Source of the DNA: Chrysomallon squamiferum
Taxonomy: Eukaryota; Animalia; Mollusca
DNA: 64,000 nt
Direction: 5' to 3'
NCBI GenBank assembly: GCA_012295275.1
Contig: CM022670.1
Location: 16,244,001-16,308,000 of the forward strand
The notes beneath the pieces are model-generated. The model searched no databases, was not told the origin of the DNA, and saw only the letters and a program-made list of their open reading frames with translations. Shown here one piece after another: positions 57,106-64,000 of this stretch. The first letter of the stretch is position 1; the number at the start of each line of letters is the position of its first letter. The position numbers were made by a program, and so were the translations under genes.

Positions 57106-58775
57106 TGTGTTGGTAATGCTCTGTAGAATCTTTAATAATAATAACCCTATGCATCTTTTAAAAATAGTTGGATACAATTTTTTTTTTACTAGTAAAGGTT
57201 GTTACTTCCGTTCTGTTTTGAATTTAGAAACTAACAGGTTTAGTCTTGTAAAATCGATTGACAAATTTTAGAATAACCCACGTTCGGACGTTGGCACGTG
57301 TTCCACTGTTTCACAGTGTTTGTTGTAGTTTTGTTTTTATTAATTCTTATAACTATAAAATAACACTAACAGTCTGTTGTTGCTAAATGTGTTCAAAATG
57401 CTTTCCCGTTATAAAGATTCGTTACAAATCCGACCATAATTACGTTGCAGTGTCAAAATCAGAATCTGGAATGTAGAGATCCAGTGATGATTATCATGAT
57501 ATTCATGATAATAATCATTTATACTAGTTACTGGCTACCACTATTACGGATGTTCATTAAATAAATAAAATAATACCAACATTATGAATATATAAAAGAC
57601 CAGAGTTTGCAGATTATTAGTTTTCATAGAGTTGGTTGAATTACGTTAATAATAATACTGCATATGTAATAATTACTGCAAGTTTATTATTTTTATTTCA
57701 TTATTTTAGAAGGTTTTATTTTATAGTATTTGATAATTGATTTTGGTCATTAAATATGTGCACATGCACCTGCATAAAATTATACTTTAAACAATGCCAC
57801 AAAACATCGTATTTGATATAAATTGGGCTATTGTTTATATAAATGGGCTAGGACATATAAACACTGCATTTTGGTTCAACATATTATACCATTGTTTCTG
57901 AGTGGTAACAAGAAATATATTCAGAAAGTAAATTACATTTCAAACTACAGGAACAAATTCTGTGTGGAGATAAAGAATAATAAAATAGACATTTTTTATC
58001 TTTTACAGATTGAATTTGATGGAAATAATCCCATTTGTTAACATAAAAAAATATGTACCAATTTATGTTTTTATGACAAATAGTTACTTTTATTTTTGGC
58101 TTTTTTTCTAATATTACAGTACCCACTTTCATGAATGTCTCCAACTCAAACCACTATATTAGAGTGTGTGTGTGTGTGTGTCTCTATATCAATAGCAACA
58201 TCATTCACATGTTTCTCTAAATAACAGAGAGAAATTAGTCTTTATTTACTTACATACTTCATATTCATATTTCGAAACAACAGAAAAGTTACATTAATAG
58301 AATAGTTTATTTTTCCAAGATTTCTATCTGTCATTTTATAGTGTTGGTTTCTAAATATGTATATTCCAAATTTGGAATTTCTAACACAAATAGTTTTCAT
58401 GCAGCAGCATCCACAAAATTTGAGGATAGTATGAGGAAATATGAAAAAATGTGATAAAAAAAATCAAATGAAGTTATATAAACCAAATTTCACTAGTATG
58501 GCTATAAGGATGATGATATGCATTGTTATGTGTATATGCATTTCCTTCTGCAAAAAACCTGAATCATCTGAATTTTTTTTTTTTTTATATATATATACAT
58601 TTTCTAAATGGCCATGTAAAAAAACTAATAATCAATTTTGTTTATTCAGATTTTAATTTTTTTTGCCTAGCATGCCACCTTAACGTTGAATGACATTCAA
58701 ATTATTTTAGCTACAATTTCATGTTCTCTCATAGAAATAATTCTGTTCTTTATTATCTTTTTTACAGGCCTCAAA

Positions 58776-60028
58776 ATGACGAACACAAAAGGTTATCGTC
58801 GTGGCACACGGTACATGTTCTCCCGACCATTCCGGAAACATGGCGTTATCCCGTTGTCCACATACATGAAAATCTACAAGAGAGGAGACATTGTTGATAT
58901 TAAGGTATGAATATGTCTTACTTGTGGAAAATTAAATTTTAAAATAAAAACTTTTCTCAGATGTTATTTTCAACCTTACAGAATCTCCAGTATTTGGAAA
59001 CTTTTATAGAAAAATTCAGAATTAATCTGTACAGTAATATAAATCCTAAATTTTGTTTTTTCTGTAGTAAATGTTGATGATTCCTAATCATCTTCTCTGC
59101 ATATAGTTGACTTTTTTTCCTAAGTCGTACAAAAGCAAGTATTATCCTAATCTTACACTTATTCTAAATTTTACCTAGTGTCTTTTATTGCATCATAATA
59201 TTTAATGTAAAAAAGGTGAGATGCTTACCAAAATGACATTTAACATCTGTTTAAGTACATTTATAATTTTTAGGGACATGGTGCTGTACAAAAAGGAATG
59301 CCTCACAAATGTTACCATGGGAAAACGGGACGTGTGTATAATGTTACGCAACACGCAGTTGGTGTCATTGTCAACAAACAAGTAGGGTGTGTGTTGCATA
59401 TTTACATAAAAGAATATTAACTGTTAACAACAAAAAAATCTTTTTCACGATTGTTCATTAAAATAGATAGAAATGTATAAGTTTATATTTGAATGAAAAT
59501 TTAAAACCATTTGATTTGGGAAGTGTATTAAATACTGATTCATGCAAATTTGCTCCATGTTGTTTTATAGTAACCGGATTATACCCAAAAGAATTAATGT
59601 CAGGATTGAACACGTGAAACACTCCAACTGCCGTCTTGAATTCTTGAAACGTGTTCATGAAAATGAAGCTAAAAAGAAGGAAGCAAAGGCAACCAATACA
59701 TGGGTTTCGTGTAAACGACAGGCAAGTACATTTTCAAATGTTTTCTTGTTTGAAATCTTTGGCATGTTGAAGAACATTGTGTATTTTATGACATTAAAGC
59801 ATTTAAAATTTCTGTGTATTGAAGTTCTGTTGCTAAACCCTTTCTTGAAGACCTAGCTTGATCTTGGAGTATGCTTTGTGTCCTTAATATTTTAGTTCAT
59901 GATTAAATGAATAATTTTAAGATGTTCTGTGTTTTCAGCCTAAAGGACCCAGGAAAGGACATTTTGTTAGCACTCGATACAACAAACCAGAGATGGTGGT
60001 ACCTATTCCTTATGAGATCATAGCTTGA
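58776..60028 (+). CDS. RPL21: 60S ribosomal protein L21 (eL21), 160 aa
   Basis: Exons 58776-58904 ([23 protein letters not shown]), 59274-59386 ([17 protein letters not shown]), 59571-59721 ([13 protein letters not shown]), 59939-60028 ([18 protein letters not shown]). AATAAA at 60049. Confidence 0.98.
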
Positions 60029-61805
60029 TCATTTGACTTGGGGGAAATAATAAACATTTAAAAAAACCTCATATGTTTGTTTTTCATTAATATAAACTAT
60101 GCAGGCTTATGAAATCTCCTGTGTGCTAAAACCTGTACACATACATAAATAAAATCACATTCCTAAAAGTAATTGTGGTGGTCCTATTTACTTTATGCAG
60201 TATGCCTAAGAAAATGCAATAAAACTTAATTTGTTCTTGGTTAGTGTACAGTTTGAAAGTTGTAACTTTGATAATGACCTGAATTTGTCCGTATGTTTGT
60301 GAATTGCATAATAATAGAGATGTTATTTGAAATGGTTTGGTTCTTTCATAATTGGTAAAGATAGTTATAACATAGTTACAATTATTTGTAATTAATCTTA
60401 TAATCTTAATCATTAATATATAGCATAACCAGCTGTAATTGCTTGTTGAATTTCGAAGAAGATGTTAAATTAAGTGTCCATAATTAAAATTTGGTCACTA
60501 GCTACTGCTTAATATATAAGTAATTTACTCAGTGAAAGGTTCATGATTCTAAGAACTTGGGAAGCTAGTACTAATCATAAATAATTATAAAATGTCTGAT
60601 TATGAAATGAAGACTTAAACTTCTCTGAGGACTGATTTCGCCTAGCTTTGAGAGGACTTTTTGTGAATATTTCATATGTTCTGTTGACTTGATTTCAGGG
60701 TCTAATAAGGGAAAGCACTGATTAAGAAAATGTTAGTCTAGGAAATCGCGAATATAAACATTAACCCCAAAACATTGAACTTTCGTACACATAACAGCTA
60801 TATAATACAGTGATATAATAAATTATAATGTAAGAACAATAAACAGAGATGTAAACAAGCATATTACAGTATATATAAATATAAATATACAGTAGGAAAA
60901 TGTAGACTAGGTTGGGTGAAATAGAAAATGGCGTTAAGTTAACATTTTGTTATTTTTCCAAAACGGGCACGTGAAATAGGGTCAACAGTACATGCAAAAC
61001 TCACTGTTATGAAATATAGAAACGTTAAATAGTGACTCGTAATTATTTATTGTTTTGAAATAAATATAATTTTAAAAAAGCATACAATTTGACATTTTAA
61101 CATGAATAAAATTAAATATATAACAACACATAAAATTAAATAATATATGTCAGTCTAAATATTTCAATAACTCAACTAATTTTTAGCCAGTTCTCACGAT
61201 TTTATTGAAATAAATAGTATATAATAAATAAGAGATTTGCCAAGGCTCGCATTCGTTTTGATACTAATTTGTAATCTAAACTGTGTCGTCGAATCTGGAT
61301 AATACATTCTCTGACTACAACATGACCTGTTGTTCAAAGTAATTAATTCGGTAAAGGACTAATGGTGATATATTGTTTCACTGTTGAAAGGTTTCTGTCA
61401 CATTTTAAGAAAAACGATATTTACAAATAAGTAACAGAGCCAATGAAAACGAATAAGATAAGTTTTTGTACATGCACCAGCAAAGAAATTTAAGTCTAAG
61501 ATCGACTGTTTTGAACTAATAAGAAAATGAATTTGAAATAATTTGGATATTTTACAACATGGCCATTTTGGGTCATAAATAAGGATACTGGAACTGTCTT
61601 AAACAATATTTTACAAGACTAATTTTGTTCAAAAATACATTATAAAAATAGAATCAAATTAGTTTTCGAATCAACAGAATATCTTAATGAATCCAATGAT
61701 ATTAATTTAAAAAAAAAAAAAAAAAATGCTTATGAAAAGAACACCGTAAAATTAAATGTATTTCAACAATTATCTACATAAAACAAGATTTATCAGGGGA
61801 TTTTG

Positions 61806-62283
61806 TTAATTGTTTATTTTGCTATTAACATGCACTGTACAGTCTCTCGTAAACGAGGCTGTAGTCTTAGAGTTGTTTTTATCACATTTCACTATTTCCG
61901 GAAAGTGGCTTTCTGTAGTTGGTTGGGAACCATGCATTAACCACGAGGCAATAAAAATCTGAGAAGAAACTCCTTCGGGAAGTCGAGGCATCTTGTAACA
62001 CACTGTTCTTTCCGCAGCCGTTTGCGTGGGGACATCACTACATGATTTAAACTCATTCGAGGACACTACAGCTCTGTTATGTGCATACAGTGACTTTCCT
62101 CCGTGATGGTTTGTTAAGTAGATAAGATCATTTCTTTTATCGTTCCTACCATGCATTAAACACCGCGAAGTCTGAATTTCTGGAAGAATATTATTTTCAG
62201 TTTTCATTAAATTCGCGCGAGCAACCTGATCGATGACATCATCAGAATTTGTAGACTTGAGATTTTCTTCCACTTCCATATTT
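61806..62283 (-). CDS. Probable terminal coding exon of an unidentified gene extending to the right
   Basis: 157-codon ORF with higher GC and CpG content than its flanks, preceded by the acceptor ttttaatttacag (AG at 62285-62284). No recognisable domain. Confidence 0.45.
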
Positions 62284-63821
62284 CTGTAAATTAAAAAGAT
62301 CAGTACAGTTACTTTTTATAGATTATTTTTCGCAATAATTCTTGAAATATTTAACTTATTATGCTAGGTAATAGTTAATACTTTATATAAAACGAAGAGA
62401 TACATAGAGAGCTGCAGTTCTGCATCCAAGATAGAGTTCTAAAATGTTTATAATTTTGAAACGGCAGAAAATACGAGTAAGTATATATTCGTGTAAAATG
62501 ATAATGTTTTGGTTTTTTCTATTTAATTCAATGTTTGTGATATATACTCTGGCTAATAAATTCTTCATCGCATAAAAATAAATGGAAAAAGAGATAAAAA
62601 TAAAATAATAATAAAATAGGATTGAGGAACGAAATTAGAAAAACGGCTGATTTATTAAAATAAATGGATAGTAGTAAAAATTAGATATGTAAAAATTAAA
62701 ATTGCAATAATAAAGCAGAGTTAAATTACCAATGTTTGATAATTAAATGGTAGTCCCACATATCTTTTTTATTCTGTGTGCCTTAAAACATTACATAATG
62801 ATTTTGTTTCTTTACAGCTTTGGAATATTGTAACCGGATCATAACCTTGTTTATATTTTAGCAGTGTAATTAATATAATCACAACATAAGTAATGTTGAT
62901 CTAACAACGTCTTTAGAGTAGTTGGCGTAATTTTGAGAAATTATGTTTTATCTATAGATAATTTTTCAGAAATAACAAAAACTAAGATGATCAGTTTGTA
63001 GTGCCTTATTTTGCTTATCTGCACATAAGATTATTTAGAAAAATATTATTTTGTGGGCATTATTTATTTTTGAAATCAAGCATTCTTTACATAGCTATTA
63101 CATAATATTTTTGCGTTAACAATTTTTTTCATGCATTAATCAAGCCAAATAATTGTCTCTGAGATTACGTTACTGGTGACAGAATCTATAGCAATTTATC
63201 ATGTTAAATTTAGCTTTTCTAATAAAGTCAAAGCATTAAAATATTTTGATTTATCAAAGATCATAATAAATGTCTCTGTATTCGGAGAAAAAAAAAAAAA
63301 AAAGAAAATTCATAATGCTACATCTTTTATCATTATAGAGATTGTTTAATATAACCTTCCTTTATAATATTTGTAATCTAGTACATGGAATAAAATAAAA
63401 TAAAATAAAATACAAATTATGCCTCAAGACAATATTAACTATAAAGCCGCTGATATAATTTATTCAAAATATCTATCAGTTATAATTAAATAAATTAAAG
63501 TTCATTTGTAATAAAAGTACACCTCCGTTGGTACACCCCAAAAAAAACCCCACAGAAAACCCACAAAACAACCACATACAAAAAAAAAAAAAAAAAAAAA
63601 AAAAACAACTAAATAACTTTAAAAACTTATTATGATGCATTGATTAAGTAGAATTTATATACATAACACAATGAAAATACAAAATTCGTCAAAAGATATT
63701 GTACATGCATAAACATTATTTCATCTAACGTCTTTAGTGTAATGTAAACGAAACTAATGAAATTCAGAAAGGCATTGTACAAAATTATACTAATATTAAA
63801 ATCAATTATATTACTGCCACC

Positions 63822-63859
63822 ATTACTACTGCTGCTACTGCTGCTATTACTACTTTTAC

Positions 63860-63909
<50 letters not shown>
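63822..63909. repeat. Compound (CTG/CTA/TTA)n trinucleotide microsatellite
   Basis: Direct reading; it explains the poly-Leu pseudo-ORF 63757-63948. Confidence 0.93.
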
Positions 63910-64000
63910 GATTTACCTTCAAAACTAGTTAGAATGCGGACTGTATGATGCTGTTGCCTTGCTGTCTGTATTTTCCATTACGCAATATTACGGCTTGAAT

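Noticed and set aside
63757-63948. Poly-Leu ORF
   Set aside because: Translation of a trinucleotide microsatellite.

Overview
AT-rich, intron-containing animal genomic DNA (invertebrate bilaterian, probably a lophotrochozoan such as a mollusc; the taxon is an inference). It holds a compact run of spliced genes: a partial multi-AT-hook protein (-, runs off the left edge), SMAD1/5/8 (-), GSTCD (+), an unannotated-looking gene (-, 29547-34871), MAT2B (+), SPCS3 (+), USP12/46 (-), RPL21 (+) and a probable terminal exon of an unknown gene (-). The main finding is the 29547-34871 gene. Its first short exons, invisible in the ORF track, splice to give RRFRTNMEAIIEK|YQKPSLHDDLIDLTSLEVISSG, a close match to the Scm3/HJURP CENP-A-binding domain. 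It is therefore a candidate centromeric histone chaperone in an invertebrate. Other observations: a U12-type intron with AT-AG ends in SPCS3, GC-AG introns in SMAD1/5 and RPL21, a single in-frame TGA near the end of the HJURP-like ORF, a possible CUG-initiated Cys-Cys extension of USP12/46, and a gene neighbourhood matching the vertebrate chr4/5/13 paralogon. All gene models were spliced by hand, and all comparisons to known proteins are from memory, not from searches.
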